DNA of 42,139 bases. Origin: an uncultured Nitrososphaeria archaeon. Lineage in GTDB: Archaea; Thermoproteota; Nitrososphaeria_A; Caldarchaeales; Wolframiiraptoraceae. Where the stretch lies: NCBI GenBank assembly GCA_964396455.1, contig CAYNFG010000005.1, positions 1 through 42,139 on the forward strand. Reading direction: 5' to 3'. Each line of letters begins with the position of its first letter. The first letter of the stretch is position 1. The notes below the pieces were generated by a model. That model did no database searches, was not told the DNA's origin, and saw only the letters and a program-made list of their open reading frames with translations. Shown piece after piece: positions 9,388 to 19,093 of the stretch. A program made the position numbers and the translations under genes.

Positions 9388-10281
9388 TTAGCTCTTTTTA
9401 AGAAGCTCCTCAAGCGGCTCTCCATCCTCTATCAAGGCTTTAAGCTCCTCGAAGGTTAGCTTCTTACCTGATACGAGTTTTAGCTTTGCCTCCCTCTTAA
9501 GCCTCTCCTTGATCATCCTCTGCCTCCGCTCCTCCTCCGCCTGCCTATACTTCTCGAGCCTTTCTTGAATCTCTATAATCCTCGATGTGATCAGGATCTT
9601 TTCGGCCTCGAGCTTCATAAGCCTCTGCCTCGCCTCAACGTATCTCGCATGCCATTCATCGCTCCTCTGTCTAAGCTCCTGAACCTTCTCCCTCAAAGCC
9701 TTCCTCTGCTCAAAGGATTCTCCAAGCTTTCTCCTCAATTCATCGATCCTTCCTCTCAGCTCCTCAATCTCCTTTACAATCTCATCGATTTCCGCCTCAT
9801 ATCTCTCGACCTCTTTCTCGAGCTCGATCCTCTCATTTGCCTGAGCTAGCTTTTCATGAAGCTCCTCCAGAAGATTGCTTAATCTCCTCTCCTCCTCCCT
9901 AGGAAGAGGCTGGGTTTGGATACGCCAATCTATCTCCTCGATCCTCTTCCTAAGCTCATCCGGCCCCTCTCTAATCAGCCTAAGCCTTCTCAGCCTAGCT
10001 CTCAGCTCTCTAAGAGCCTTCCTCCTCTCTCTAAGAGCCTCTCTCCTCTTAGATAGATCTTCTTTAAGCTTATTCAGCTCCTCCCTCTTCTCCTTATCAG
10101 CCTCCCTCATATTTCTCAGCTTCTCGATATATGGTCTAAGCTCTTCATGCAGCTTATCGCGCTTCTCAGCGAATCTTCTAGCCTCCTCCTCGGCCTCCCT
10201 AATCTGGAGGTTTAATCCCCTAAGCTTCTCCCTAAGCTCGAAAAGCTCCTTCTCCAGCTTCTCATAATCCTGCTGCGCCAT
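9388..10281 (-). CDS. Archaeal coiled-coil protein (COG1340-like)
   Basis: Long E/K/R heptads, IDWRIQTQPL..EEE hinge, C-terminal GKKLTFEEL. Confidence 0.8.
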   Translation of the reverse strand: MAQQDYEKLEKELFELREKLRGLNLQIREAEEEARRFAEKRDKLHEELRPYIEKLRNMREADKEKREELNKLKEDLSKRREALRERRKALRELRARLRRLRLIREGPDELRKRIEEIDWRIQTQPLPREEERRLSNLLEELHEKLAQANERIELEKEVERYEAEIDEIVKEIEELRGRIDELRRKLGESFEQRKALREKVQELRQRSDEWHARYVEARQRLMKLEAEKILITSRIIEIQERLEKYRQAEEERRQRMIKERLKREAKLKLVSGKKLTFEELKALIEDGEPLEELLKKS

Positions 10282-10287
10282 ATCCTC

Positions 10288-11058
10288 TCACCTCAGCTCG
10301 AGATCCTCCTCTAGCAGGAATCTTGTGAGGGCTGCGTGAAGCTCGGATAACCCTTCCATGGTTATGGATGAGATCGGGACGATCGGCATGCTGGCTATGA
10401 TATCTTGGAGAGCTTCCGCTATCTCCCGCGAGAATATCATAAGCCTACCCTTAATCATGTTCTCGAGATCTATTATGAGCGAGTCGAACGACTCGCCCCA
10501 GCCCTCTATCCTCTCGACATCCTCTCTCGGGACGGCGTCTATCTTATTCAACGCATGGACCATGGGTATCCCGAAGGAGAAATAGACGGATGCGGAGAGG
10601 AACATCGTGGAGACGAAGTTCTTCACATTCGTGCAGAACATGGGATCTAATACGAAGATCATCGCCTTCCTATCCTTAAGCCCGATGTTCTCAGCCAGGA
10701 TCAGCCCCTCACGCCTAAACGCGAATAGCTCCAGCTGCCCGGGAGTATCCACTAGGACGTAGTCTGGATTATATGAGCGGATCTCCTCCCTAAGCTCCTC
10801 AACATGCCTGGCAACCTCCCTAATGGAAGCGATTAAAGCGGCATTAGGGCCGAGCTTCCTAGTAGCCATAATCCTCTCATAATCGACGAACTCCCTAACA
10901 TCTACATCGGGCTCATAGGGGAGAACCTGGGCTGCGGGATCGAGATTTACGAGAAGAGTTGACCAGTCCTGCGATCTCAGCCAATCGCTATAGGCTGAGG
11001 TTAGGGTCGATTTGCCCGATCCAGCCGTCCCGACTATGAAGACCGTATTCATGATCAT
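10288..11058 (-). CDS. GPN-loop GTPase
   Basis: GTAGSGKST, NLDPA, LGPN, DTPGQLE, NKID. Confidence 0.94.
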   Translation of the reverse strand: MIMNTVFIVGTAGSGKSTLTSAYSDWLRSQDWSTLLVNLDPAAQVLPYEPDVDVREFVDYERIMATRKLGPNAALIASIREVARHVEELREEIRSYNPDYVLVDTPGQLELFAFRREGLILAENIGLKDRKAMIFVLDPMFCTNVKNFVSTMFLSASVYFSFGIPMVHALNKIDAVPREDVERIEGWGESFDSLIIDLENMIKGRLMIFSREIAEALQDIIASMPIVPISSITMEGLSELHAALTRFLLEEDLELR

Positions 11059-11117
11059 CCTCTCCAGCTGCCCTTCCAGCGACTTTCAGCCCAGCTTAAG
11101 GCTAAAGCTAAGAAGGC

Positions 11118-11408
11118 TTATTGGAAGACTCCGGAGAAGCCTGAAAGCATCTCCTCATCTTCGCTTTCCAGCATCTTTAAGACCTTCTCCCTCTCCTCTC
11201 CAGACACCTCTTCGGCGAGATCCTTAGCCAGCTCCAGCGCCTTCTTACACTGCTCCTCGCTTCCAAGAACCCTTACATAGTATCCGTCTTTCCCAAGGCT
11301 CTTCGCCTCTCTGAATAGGACGTTCGCTCTAGAAACCACGTCATCCTTCAATAGAATCTCCCTAAGCTTATCCGCCGAACCTCTCTCAACATAGAGTATC
11401 AGCTCCAA
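11118..11408 (-). CDS. Hypothetical small alpha/beta protein with acidic P-stalk-like C-terminal tail
   Basis: 96-aa ORF with protein-like composition filling the gap; ends ESEDEEMLSGFSGVFQ. Confidence 0.75.
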   Translation of the reverse strand: MELILYVERGSADKLREILLKDDVVSRANVLFREAKSLGKDGYYVRVLGSEEQCKKALELAKDLAEEVSGEEREKVLKMLESEDEEMLSGFSGVFQ

Positions 11409-11420
11409 GCCGAATCCCCC

Positions 11421-11624
11421 CTACTTCTTCGATGAAGTCCACCACTCCAGGTATTCGGCATACTTTCTCCTCCTCTTATTCTCCTCAACCTTTTCTCCAA
11501 AGCTCCTCCTAGACTCTATCAGTAGGTCCTGGGTGGTATATGTGAGGCCGCAGTTTAAGCATACGTAGGAGCGCGTATCTCGATCGTAGATCATCCTCGA
11601 ACCGCATTCGCGACAATATGGCAA
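11421..11624 (-). CDS. Small zinc-ribbon protein (67 aa)
   Basis: TTG 11624 gives MPYCRECGSRM...YVCLNCG; charged C-terminal helix ending EYLEWWTSSKK. Confidence 0.78.
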   Translation of the reverse strand: MPYCRECGSRMIYDRDTRSYVCLNCGLTYTTQDLLIESRRSFGEKVEENKRRRKYAEYLEWWTSSKK

Positions 11625-11708
11625 GCCTGATCGTCTAACGCTCCTATACACGGCTATTAAAGCATTACGTTTATCAGAGCCTAAAGCAATCTTCAAGAAA
11701 AATCTAGA

Positions 11709-11990
11709 TCAAGCTCCCTCGGCTTCCCCCGTTCCTCCGCGTCTTAGAAGATAAAGCATGAAGAATAGCATCATTAAGAACGGCAGTAATAGGAGCAGCA
11801 GAATCATCAACGGATGAAGCTCTCCATGAAAAATTATCGGAAACGGCCCTATGATTATTAGTCCTCCGCTCTCAACCCTCTCGACTGGAATAAGCCCCAG
11901 AAACGCTATGAATGCTCCTAGAAAGATTAGGATTATCCCTAGGAAGAGGAGGAATATGGAAGCCTCGGGAGAGATTCTCAGCTCTCTCAA
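11709..11990 (-). CDS. DUF131/TIGR00304 family small membrane protein
   Basis: TM helix, GGLIIIGPFPIIF motif, TM helix. Confidence 0.8.
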   Translation of the reverse strand: MRELRISPEASIFLLFLGIILIFLGAFIAFLGLIPVERVESGGLIIIGPFPIIFHGELHPLMILLLLLLPFLMMLFFMLYLLRRGGTGEAEGA

Positions 11991-12229
11991 GTCAAGCCCC
12001 CTCCCAGGCCTAAGATGATCCCGAGGAAAAGCATGATGAAGACTAAGAACATCCCGACTACGAGTAGGATTGAGGCCATCGATCGGTCGCCGAATATTAT
12101 GGGGAACGGTCCTATCAGAATCAAGCCTCCTCCCCTAATTCTCGCTCGGGCGGATGCGAGCGAGATCGTTACGAGTATTATCCCAAGTATTATCAAGGCG
12201 AGGCCTATAGCCGTTAGGAGAAGATCCAT
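11987..12229 (-). CDS. DUF131/TIGR00304 family small membrane protein (tandem paralog)
   Basis: TM helix, GGGLILIGPFPIIFG motif, TM helix; 4-nt overlap with the next gene. Confidence 0.85.
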   Translation of the reverse strand: MDLLLTAIGLALIILGIILVTISLASARARIRGGGLILIGPFPIIFGDRSMASILLVVGMFLVFIMLFLGIILGLGGGLT

Positions 12230-12345
12230 GGCTTAGGCCGGTCTAAGCTTTGCCGCCACCCTATATTAGGGTTTCCGGGAACCGGTGCTAGAAATCAACA
12301 TTAATTAAGTTCCTAAGCCCATCTCTTCTACTTGGAGGAGTAGGG

Positions 12346-13086
12346 ATGGCTTTAGGAATCGCTGGAGCATATGATCGTGCGATCACCGTATTCTCTCCGC
12401 AGGGCAGGCTCTATCAGGTAGAATATGCTCTTGAAACCGTTAGATCAGGCTCTACGGCCATGGCCGTAGCATGTGATGAGGGCTGCGTCCTAGCAGTAGA
12501 AGAGAGAATGCATACAAAGCTGCAAAACGTCAATTACTCATGGAAGCTCTTCCAGATAGACGATCATATAGGCGCCGTAGCAGCAGGCCTAAACTCCGAT
12601 GCGAGAGTCCTCGTCGACAGCGCTAGGGTTAGAGCTCAGATCCTGAGGCTAACCTATGAGGAGCCTCCGACGATCGAGGCGGTAACAAAATACATCGGGG
12701 ATGTTATGCAGATGTATACCCAGCACGCGGGGGTTAGGCCGTTCGGCGTAGCCCTCCTATTTGGAGGAGTTGATGACACCGGAGTAAGGGTATTCTATAC
12801 GGAGCCTAGCGGAATGGTCCTCGAATATGATGCTTGGGCTATCGGAAGAGGCGCCGAAAAAGTTAGAGAGATTCTAGAGTCCGAATATAAGAGAAGCCTA
12901 AGCCTTGAAGACGCCATAAACCTAGCCATGAAATGCCTCGTAGAGTCGGCTGAGAAGATAGACGAGCATTGGACTATTAGGCTCGCAACCGTGCCGACCT
13001 CGACGAGGAAATTCGCTCTCATGCCCCAGGATGAGCTAAGGAAGCGGCTAGACCCCTTGATCAAGAAGAGGCTTGGCGGCAGCTAG
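12346..13086 (+). CDS. psmA: Proteasome subunit alpha
   Basis: [28 protein letters not shown]; GGAGG SD upstream. Confidence 0.97.
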   Translation: MALGIAGAYDRAITVFSPQGRLYQVEYALETVRSGSTAMAVACDEGCVLAVEERMHTKLQNVNYSWKLFQIDDHIGAVAAGLNSDARVLVDSARVRAQILRLTYEEPPTIEAVTKYIGDVMQMYTQHAGVRPFGVALLFGGVDDTGVRVFYTEPSGMVLEYDAWAIGRGAEKVREILESEYKRSLSLEDAINLAMKCLVESAEKIDEHWTIRLATVPTSTRKFALMPQDELRKRLDPLIKKRLGGS

Positions 13087-13135
13087 AAAAGGCATTTTAA
13101 TCCCAATTTCCCCTCATCTACTTTGGGAGAGATCC

Positions 13136-13828
13136 TTGTCCAAAGGTTATACTATCGCGAGGCTTGAGCGAAGGGGCGAAACCTTCGAGATCCTCGTAGA
13201 CCCGGATAACGCTCTAAAATATAGAATGGGCGAGAAGATCCCAATATCGAAGATCGTCGTCTACGAGGAAGTCTACCGAGATGCTAGGAAGGGCATTCGA
13301 GCAGGAGAAGAACGGCTGAAGAAAGCCTTTGGAACAACAGACTTCATGAAGATCGCCGAGATAATCCTCCGAGAAGGGGTAGTCCATATAACCGCCGAGC
13401 AGAGGCGTAGGCTTATCGAGGAGAAGAAGAAGCAGATAATCGACTTCATCTCGAAAAACGCCATAGATCCCAGAACAAATCTACCCCATCCACCACAAAG
13501 AATAGAGCTAGCGATGGAGGAGGTCGGCGTCCAGATAGATCCATTCAAAGACGCTAAGGAGCAGGCCCTTAAGATAATCGAGAAACTTAGAACGGTCCTA
13601 CCTCTAAAGACCGGAGTCCTAAAGTTCAAGATTAGATTGCCAGCAGACATCGCGGCGAAGGCATATGGAGTAGTTAAGAGCATGGGTAAGATCGTTCAGG
13701 AGCAATGGGGTAGGGATGGGAGCTGGACTAGCATAGTCGAGGTCCCAACAGGATTACACGTCGATCTAATAGATAGGCTGAATAAGATCTCCAGCGGGCG
13801 GGTGGAGGTAGTTCAGCTGGAAAGCTAG
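13136..13828 (+). CDS. Ribosome maturation factor SBDS/Sdo1
   Basis: IARL...[29 protein letters not shown]; TTG 13136 after GGGAGA is preferred. Confidence 0.94.
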   Translation: MSKGYTIARLERRGETFEILVDPDNALKYRMGEKIPISKIVVYEEVYRDARKGIRAGEERLKKAFGTTDFMKIAEIILREGVVHITAEQRRRLIEEKKKQIIDFISKNAIDPRTNLPHPPQRIELAMEEVGVQIDPFKDAKEQALKIIEKLRTVLPLKTGVLKFKIRLPADIAAKAYGVVKSMGKIVQEQWGRDGSWTSIVEVPTGLHVDLIDRLNKISSGRVEVVQLES

Positions 13829-13976
13829 AAACCTAGAGATCGCCTCCTCTGAGAAATCGTTTAGCTGCTCTCGAGCCGGCTAGCGAATGTTTTTATACCT
13901 CGAGTTCGAGGCGTTCAAACTTAAAAGAAGACGATGTATCTCACATTCTAGAAGATGTAGGCTTGGAGGGGCGGGT

Positions 13977-14639
13977 ATGCCGATATACTTCTCAGAACAT
14001 GAGGTTGTTTTACCTGGACAGTTACTCTCGGATAATGGGAAGCGGAGTGGTGAGGGTACTTACTCGATCGGTGGGAAGGTTTATGCTGCTCAGATAGGGT
14101 TTGCATCGATTAAGAATAATAAGGTTGTTGTAATACCGTTCAAGTCCGCCTATAAGCCCTCGCCGGGCGATAGGGTGATTGGGATAATATCGGATGTAAA
14201 GCCGAATGGATTCGAGGTTGATCTCGGAGGATACCTCACCGGGATGATAAGGATACCGGACAGGGAGGAGGTAGTGAATATGAATCTGAAGGTCGGAGAC
14301 GTGGTATATGTGAAGATTAGGGAAAGCGGCCTCGGCGGGATCATAATCGATAAACGAGATCGAATTAGGAAGATTCAGAGCGGTCTCCTAATCCATATCC
14401 ACCCGGCGAAGATCAATAGGCTGATAGGTAGGCGGGGGTCGATGATAAACATGATAAAGAAATTGACCGGTTGCGAGATTCTAGTCGGGAAAAACGGGCT
14501 CATAGTGATAAACGGCCCCACGCCGAAGCACGAGTTCGCTGCGATGAAGGCGATAGAAATGGTGGAGAATGAGGCGCATACTTCCGGCTTAACGGAGAGG
14601 GTTGAAAAGTATCTAAAGGAGCTTTTGGAGAAGGGGTGA
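13977..14639 (+). CDS. rrp4: Exosome RNA-binding cap protein Rrp4
   Basis: VLPGQLL, S1 domain (Y.P..GDRVIG), KH motif RLIGRRGSM, VGKNG, AHTSGLT; ATG 13977 after GGAGGGG. Confidence 0.94.
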   Translation: MPIYFSEHEVVLPGQLLSDNGKRSGEGTYSIGGKVYAAQIGFASIKNNKVVVIPFKSAYKPSPGDRVIGIISDVKPNGFEVDLGGYLTGMIRIPDREEVVNMNLKVGDVVYVKIRESGLGGIIIDKRDRIRKIQSGLLIHIHPAKINRLIGRRGSMINMIKKLTGCEILVGKNGLIVINGPTPKHEFAAMKAIEMVENEAHTSGLTERVEKYLKELLEKG

Positions 14640-14670
14640 ATAAGCTGGGGTTCATGCTACTGCTGCCAAC

Positions 14671-14678
14671 TATATATA
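14671..14678 (+). promoter_or_regulatory. Putative internal TATA box upstream of rrp41
   Basis: TATATATA in a 97-nt intergenic gap, about 60 nt before the rrp41 ATG, which has a GGAGGGT SD. Confidence 0.45.
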
Positions 14679-14736
14679 CTGGGCTGGCGGGCTTTCCTCG
14701 GAGTAGCTGTATGGGCTTTATGGAGGGTATAGAGCT

Positions 14737-15468
14737 ATGGAGAAGCCTGAAAGACTGATCGATGAAAACGGAAGAAGGGTTGATGGTAGGCGATTTGATG
14801 AGCTTAGGCCGATAAAGATGGAGATAGGAGTTCTGGATAAAAGTGATGGCTCCGCCTATGTCGAGTTTGGTGGAACTAAGGTTATTGCAGCAGTCTTCGG
14901 GCCTAGGGAAGCTCACCCGAGGCACCTCGCTCTACCTGATAGAGCGATCCTAAACTGTAGATATCATATGACTTCTTTTAGCGTCGAGGAGCGGAAGCCT
15001 CTCGGGATGACTAGGCGTGAAGTGGAGTTATCGAAGGTGATTAGGGAGGCGTTGGAGACTGTAACGTTCTTGGAAGAGTTTCCGAGGGCCTCGATCGACG
15101 TCTATATCGAGGTTATTCAAGCCGATGGCGGTACTAGGACTACGGGATTAACTGCCGCCTCGCTTGCCCTAGCCGATGCAGGCATACCGATGGCCGACCT
15201 AATCGCAGCGGTCGCCGTAGGTAAGGTCAATGGCCAGCTCGTCCTAGACCTCTGTGATATCGAGGATAAGTACGGCGAGGCGGATATGCCCGTAGCCATG
15301 GCCCCCAGATTTAACTCCATAGTCCTTCTACAGCTGAACGGCCGAATGACGCCAGACGAGTTTAGGAGAGGTCTCGCCCTGGCTCAGAAGGGGATCTCTG
15401 AAATCTATAAGCTTCAGAGGGAGGCGTTAAAGAAGAAGTTTAGCTCAATCCCACCTACGGAGACGTGA
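14737..15468 (+). CDS. rrp41: Exosome catalytic subunit Rrp41
   Basis: [36 protein letters not shown]. Confidence 0.97.
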   Translation: MEKPERLIDENGRRVDGRRFDELRPIKMEIGVLDKSDGSAYVEFGGTKVIAAVFGPREAHPRHLALPDRAILNCRYHMTSFSVEERKPLGMTRREVELSKVIREALETVTFLEEFPRASIDVYIEVIQADGGTRTTGLTAASLALADAGIPMADLIAAVAVGKVNGQLVLDLCDIEDKYGEADMPVAMAPRFNSIVLLQLNGRMTPDEFRRGLALAQKGISEIYKLQREALKKKFSSIPPTET

Positions 15469-15474
15469 TGGAGT

Positions 15475-16314
15475 ATGGCGTTCGTTCCTCGAAAAAGCTT
15501 GACGGCGAAGATAATGCGGGATAAAATCTACAACCTCCTCCTCCAAGGTAGGCGGATCGATGGCAGGGGGCCGAGGGATCTTAGATCGATAAGCATTCAG
15601 ACGAATCTGTTAGCTAAGGCGGATGGCTCGGCTTTAGTCTCGATGGGGAGCACGAAGATCTTAACCGGGATAAAGGTGGAGGTCGGATCACCATTCCCCG
15701 ATAGACCGGATGAGGGGATATTCACGGTGAATGCCGAGCTTCTCCCGCTCGCATCGACGACTTTCGAGCCGGGGCCTCCAGATGAGAGGGGTGTCGAGCT
15801 AGCTAGGGTCGTCGATAGAAGCTTGAGAGAGGGCGGGGTTATAGATCTCAAGAAGCTATGTCTGGTCGAGGGCGAGAAGGTCTATGTCATATTCATAGAC
15901 ATCTACGTCCTAGACTATGATGGAAACTACTTCGACCCCTCCCTAATCTCGGCTCTAGCAGCATTAGCAACCGCCAGAATACCGAAATACGAGATCGTTG
16001 ATGGGAAGCCTCAGAAGACCGGCGAATTTTTCACCCTAGAACTAAATTCGCTGCCATTCACGGTAACAGTCGGGATAATTGGAGAAAAGTTCTTGGTAGA
16101 TCCGCAGATAGAGGAGGAGAAGGTTTTAGATGTCTCCATGATCATGGGGACTGATGAGAAAGGCAATATAACCTGTATCCAGAAGAATTCTCCAGGCCAG
16201 ATCCCGTTAAGCCTCATGGACGAGATCCTCGAAACGGTCTTGGAGAAGACGGGGGAGATTAGGCGGAAATTCCTCCAAGAGGTTCCGGTGAAGCTTGCCG
16301 AGCAATCGACCTAA
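15475..16314 (+). CDS. rrp42: Exosome subunit Rrp42
   Basis: RIDGR, PFPDRPDEG, FEPGPPDE, ELARVVDRSLRE, DYDGN. Confidence 0.97.
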   Translation: MAFVPRKSLTAKIMRDKIYNLLLQGRRIDGRGPRDLRSISIQTNLLAKADGSALVSMGSTKILTGIKVEVGSPFPDRPDEGIFTVNAELLPLASTTFEPGPPDERGVELARVVDRSLREGGVIDLKKLCLVEGEKVYVIFIDIYVLDYDGNYFDPSLISALAALATARIPKYEIVDGKPQKTGEFFTLELNSLPFTVTVGIIGEKFLVDPQIEEEKVLDVSMIMGTDEKGNITCIQKNSPGQIPLSLMDEILETVLEKTGEIRRKFLQEVPVKLAEQST

Positions 16315-16357
16315 CCCTTATATTGAGAGCTGAAGCCATAGCCTAAAGGATTAGGCG

Positions 16358-16585
16358 ATGCAGATAGGAAGGATTAAGGGTAATCCGGCTAAAAGGTTTG
16401 GTCCGAGATATGGTTCTACGCTGAGGAAGAGGGTTGCCGAGATCGAGCGAGAGCAGCGAGCATGGCATATATGCCCGAACTGTAATCAGCCTAAGGTGAA
16501 GAGGGTTGCGATCGGAATCTGGAGCTGTAGGAAATGCGGATACACCTTCGCGGGAGGAGCGTGGACGCCATTCCCAAAGCGATAA
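16358..16585 (+). CDS. rpl37ae: 50S ribosomal protein L37Ae (eL43)
   Basis: RFGPRYGSTLRK, CPNC, GIWSCRKCG, AGGAW. Confidence 0.96.
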   Translation: MQIGRIKGNPAKRFGPRYGSTLRKRVAEIEREQRAWHICPNCNQPKVKRVAIGIWSCRKCGYTFAGGAWTPFPKR

Positions 16586-16829
16586 GAAGTTTAAGCTTAG
16601 GATAGTATTCAAGCTTAGGGAGGATGAGGCCGAGACGCTTTATCACGCGATCCTGCCGGAAACCCTAGATGTCCCATCGAGAAGAGTTTCCGTAAGCCTA
16701 TCCCTGGAGGCCGATACGCTAGCTTTAGAGATTCGAGCAGTAGATCTAATAGCTCTTAGAGCAGCCCTAAACTCCTTTCTTAGATTCATAGACTCCACGC
16801 TTCAGTCGATAAGGCTTCTCTCAGGCTGA
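16506..16829 (+). CDS. pcc1: KEOPS complex subunit Pcc1 (start uncertain)
   Basis: LYHAILPE, LEIRAVDLIALRAALNSFLRFI; conserved position between rpl37ae and pfdB. Confidence 0.85.
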   Translation: MRSESGAVGNADTPSREERGRHSQSDKKFKLRIVFKLREDEAETLYHAILPETLDVPSRRVSVSLSLEADTLALEIRAVDLIALRAALNSFLRFIDSTLQSIRLLSG

Positions 16830-16872
16830 TCCTCGACAACTCTTTTAAGAACGCTAAAGCCTGTTTATTGAG

Positions 16873-17238
16873 ATGTCTGCTGGTGGAGAAGAGCTTCCCC
16901 CAAGCATAAGGCAGCAGGTCGCACGCTTCCAACAGCTGCAACAGACGCTTAACGCGATTCTGGTTGAGAAGCAGAGGCTTGAAGCGGAGCTTATGGAGAT
17001 TCGGGATGCTCTCGAAGAGCTTCAGAAGTCATCGGATGATGCGGTGGTCTATAAGGCGGTCGGCCCGGTCCTCGTCCAGACTACGAAGCAGAAGCTCGTG
17101 GAAGAGCTTAGCGAGCGGAGGGAATTAACCGAGACCAGGCTAAAATTGTTGGAGAAGCAGGAGCAGAGAACTCGTGAGCAGCTCGATTCTCTTCAGAAGG
17201 AGTTAAGGCAAGCCTTATCAAGCCAAGGTGCTGGATGA
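16873..17238 (+). CDS. pfdB: Prefoldin subunit beta
   Basis: Coiled coils flanking VYKAVGPVLV. Confidence 0.95.
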   Translation: MSAGGEELPPSIRQQVARFQQLQQTLNAILVEKQRLEAELMEIRDALEELQKSSDDAVVYKAVGPVLVQTTKQKLVEELSERRELTETRLKLLEKQEQRTREQLDSLQKELRQALSSQGAG

Positions 17239-18254
17239 GGGACGAAAGCTTCATACGCGGAGTTGAAGAATGCTTAAGGCTGCTCTCCGGAAAGATAGTC
17301 GCGATAATAACTCATAGCGGCGGCGACCCCGACTCGATCGGCGCCGCCTACGTCCTCTCAAATATTCTCAAGAAGACCTTCCAGGCGAATGAAGTATTGT
17401 TCAGGATACCGTCTGAGGCGTCAACGCATAGCCTATCCCTACTAGAGAGGCTCGGGTTCAAAGAATCTGAAAACGGCTTGGATATGGTTGACTGCTTTTT
17501 GATTCTTGACTGCGGCTCGCCCGAGCAGCTTAACGAGTTCAGGTGGATTCTGGACTCGGGTAAGTCCATAATCGTCGTAGACCATCACTCGACGAGTAGA
17601 GAGAAGTTCGGCGATAAGGCTAAGGTATATGCGCTAGATGAGTATCAATCGGTTTGCGAGATAATTCTCGATCTAGCAGATCTATTAGGCTACAGGCTTT
17701 CTCCTAGGGAGGCTGAGGCGCTATTCGTAGGGATATACTATGATACGGTTAGACTCTCGATAGCAGACTCCGAGACTCTTGGGAAAGTTTGCAGGCTCGC
17801 ATCCTATGGCATTCAGCCGAGGGAGATCCTTCAAGGTCTTGAAGCTAGGATGGATATCTCTGAGAGGATCGCCAGGCTTAAGGGAGCTGCTAGGATGAGG
17901 ATCTATAGGGCTGGAGATTGGCTTATAGCGGTTAGTAGGCTAAGCAGCTTCCAAAGCTCTGCTGCGAGAAGCTTGGTGAGCCTCGGCGCTCATGTGGCGA
18001 TCGTCGCCGGCGAATCAGATGAGGGGATAATAGTCTCATTTAGAGCTGTTAGAGAATTTACCGAGGCGACAGGCATAAATCTAGGAAGAGATATAGCTGC
18101 AAGGATCGGAGCCGAGTTCGAGGGTCATGGAGGTGGGCATTCATCGGCGGCGAAAGCACTTTGCGTGAAAGGAGACCTGCAAACAGTCCTAGCACGATGC
18201 GTAGAACTCCTCAGCGAGCTTCTAGGAGAAAGGATTGTGGAGCTAACCCCATAG
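17235..18254 (+). CDS. DHH/DHHA1 family phosphoesterase
   Basis: TH...DPDS, LDC, VDHH, YDT, GGGH; usual neighbour of pfdB. Confidence 0.92.
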   Translation: MRDESFIRGVEECLRLLSGKIVAIITHSGGDPDSIGAAYVLSNILKKTFQANEVLFRIPSEASTHSLSLLERLGFKESENGLDMVDCFLILDCGSPEQLNEFRWILDSGKSIIVVDHHSTSREKFGDKAKVYALDEYQSVCEIILDLADLLGYRLSPREAEALFVGIYYDTVRLSIADSETLGKVCRLASYGIQPREILQGLEARMDISERIARLKGAARMRIYRAGDWLIAVSRLSSFQSSAARSLVSLGAHVAIVAGESDEGIIVSFRAVREFTEATGINLGRDIAARIGAEFEGHGGGHSSAAKALCVKGDLQTVLARCVELLSELLGERIVELTP

Positions 18255-19093
18255 TAAAAATCGAAAACCTCTCATTCAGATACTTCGGGAGCGAGGAATA
18301 CGCCTTAAAGGATGTAAATCTCGAGATAAGGCGTGGAGACTTCGTAGTCCTAGCTGGTAGAAGCGGCTGCGGCAAAACCACCCTCCTAAGATGCTTGAAT
18401 GGATTGATTCCAAACTTCTATGAAGGCGATTTCTTCGGAAGGGTGATAGTTGATGGCATGGATACTCGCAAAACCCCGACCCACCTCTTATCACAAGTCG
18501 CCGGAATGGTCTTCCAAAATCCGGATAATCAGCTATTCGCCCTCAACGTAGAGGCGGATATAGCCTTCCCATTAGAGAATCTGGGAGTGCCGAGGGAGAT
18601 TATCCTAGAAAGGATAGAATGGGTTCTTAAGCTTCTCAAGATAGAGGATCTGAGAAATAGATCCCCATTCGAGCTCTCGGGAGGCCAGAAGCAGAAGGTT
18701 GCAATAGCGTCTATCCTAGTAATGAAGCCGAAGATCCTACTGCTCGACGAGCCTACAAGCTCCCTAGATCCGTTATCCGCGAAGGGGCTTATAGAGTCGA
18801 TAATCGAATTGAATAGGCGTGAAAACCTGACGATCATAATATCCGAGCATAGGCTCGAACTCCTCCTACCCTATGCGAGTAGGCTTATAGTCATGGATCA
18901 GGGGAGGATAATCTATGACGGTCATCCGAGAAACGTTCTGGAGAAGGCGGATCTAATGGCTTATGGCGTAGCCGCTCCAAGGGTGGCCGAGGTCGCAAGA
19001 TACATCAACGCATATAACGGCTGCCTGAAGTTCGAGAGAATCCCCCTAAGCATCAGCGAATTCGTCGAGAGAGTGAGAGAGGTGATTGGATGA
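18197..19093 (+). CDS. ecfA: ECF transporter ATPase A
   Basis: GRSGCGKTT, VFQNPDNQ, LSGGQKQ, LLDEPT, SEH; start uncertain, overlaps the DHH gene. Confidence 0.92.
   Translation: MRRTPQRASRRKDCGANPIVKIENLSFRYFGSEEYALKDVNLEIRRGDFVVLAGRSGCGKTTLLRCLNGLIPNFYEGDFFGRVIVDGMDTRKTPTHLLSQVAGMVFQNPDNQLFALNVEADIAFPLENLGVPREIILERIEWVLKLLKIEDLRNRSPFELSGGQKQKVAIASILVMKPKILLLDEPTSSLDPLSAKGLIESIIELNRRENLTIIISEHRLELLLPYASRLIVMDQGRIIYDGHPRNVLEKADLMAYGVAAPRVAEVARYINAYNGCLKFERIPLSISEFVERVREVIG

Noticed and set aside
9565-10267. Ser/Leu-rich plus-strand ORFs
   Set aside because: Antisense shadows of the GAG/AAG/AGG-rich coiled-coil gene; no independent coding signal.
14638-14700. Minus-strand GAGGAAAGCCC ... GAACCCCAGCTTA resembling RNase P RNA CR-I and CR-V
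   Set aside because: The two motifs are only about 40 nt apart and cannot form the P4 helix beyond 4 bp; far too short for RNase P RNA.
16573-16579. C_CCA_AAG -1 slippery heptamer at the end of rpl37ae (possible L37Ae-Pcc1 fusion)
   Set aside because: A -1 shift enters a frame that stops within about 9 codons; Pcc1 lies in the +1 frame.
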